Part shown: piece by piece, positions 63,888 to 64,000 of the stretch
Layout: every line of letters begins with the position of its first letter
Numbering within the stretch: the stretch's first letter is position 1
Source: Spirochaetota bacterium
Lineage (GTDB): Bacteria; Spirochaetota; Spirochaetia; SZUA-6
Length of the DNA stretch: 64,000 bases
NCBI GenBank assembly: GCA_013151965.1
Contig: JAADHF010000135.1
Location: 32,580 to 96,579 of the forward strand
Direction: 5' to 3'
Notes under the pieces: model-generated
The model's database searches: none
The model's input: the letters and a program-made list of their open reading frames with translations, nothing else
Told to the model about the DNA's origin: nothing
Made by a program: the position numbers and the translations under genes

Positions 63888-64000
63888 TTACATCTGAAAA
63901 GATCTGCCCAAATACACCTCTCTTGCAATTTCACTTTTCAGCAGTTCTTCCTTTGTTCCGCTTACAGATATCTCCCCTAAATTAATTATATATGAACGGT
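63888..64000 (-). CDS. lptB: LPS export ABC ATPase LptB-like, C-terminal fragment (continues past the window end)
   Basis: Manual minus-strand translation gives ...RSYIINLGEISVSGTKEELLKSEIAREVYLGRSFQM with a stop at 63888..63890. The EVYLG tail and the position upstream of rpoN are typical of LptB. Confidence 0.55.
   Translation of the reverse strand, partial: RSYIINLGEISVSGTKEELLKSEIAREVYLGRSFQM

Noticed and set aside
1-64000. A search for CRISPR arrays, transposases, integrases, phage genes, toxin-antitoxin pairs or known defence-system signatures.
   Set aside because: None was found by eye. The only tRNA (47347..47419) is not flanked by an integrase or direct repeats, so there is no evidence that any part of the window is a mobile island.

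Overview
The window is chromosomal DNA from a diderm, probably anaerobic bacterium. I cannot assign the lineage from sequence alone. I saw no rRNA, CRISPR array, transposase, integrase or phage genes, and found one tRNA, tRNA-Ala(CGC). Coding density is high, with many 1-8 nt gene overlaps.

The standout region is 1-12475, which has two divergent operons driven by back-to-back near-consensus sigma70 promoters at 5563-5637.
- The plus operon encodes a compact hexaheme cytochrome whose motif order matches my recollection of the Geobacter nanowire cytochrome OmcS. It is followed by a 558-aa outer-membrane beta-barrel, an octaheme paralogue, a membrane-anchored TPR protein and the System II cytochrome c maturation pair CcsB/CcsA.
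- The minus operon encodes a small lipoprotein with CX3CH and CX4CH motifs, then three tandem paralogous CsgG/LpoB-like lipoproteins (the last fused to about 500 aa of TPRs). These are followed by a double-parvulin lipoprotein PPIase and another multiheme lipoprotein cytochrome that runs off the window start.
- I read this as a self-contained extracellular cytochrome (nanowire-type) production, secretion and assembly locus.

Immediately downstream is a c-di-GMP module: a cNMP-GGDEF pair, one copy degenerate, plus an NrnA-like DHH phosphoesterase.

The rest of the window is mostly housekeeping or accessory metabolism:
- an MMPL exporter with a LolA-like partner;
- an HMA-AraC regulator divergent from an Enzyme I-YHS fusion;
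- a sugar cluster (SBP, xylB, deoR);
- a Gfo/Idh/MocA oxidoreductase next to an orphan anSME-type radical SAM enzyme;
- a cyclophilin-FKBP dual PPIase, nikR and a neuB-family synthase;
- an ABC-2 transporter with two unknown membrane-anchored partners;
- dcd, pncB, pncA and nagZ;
- HDOD, TPR and LamG-FN3 proteins, and uvrC;
- a long co-directional string: lptB-rpoN-hpf-hprK-ptsH-(unknown)-HK-sigma54 RR-lexA-holA.
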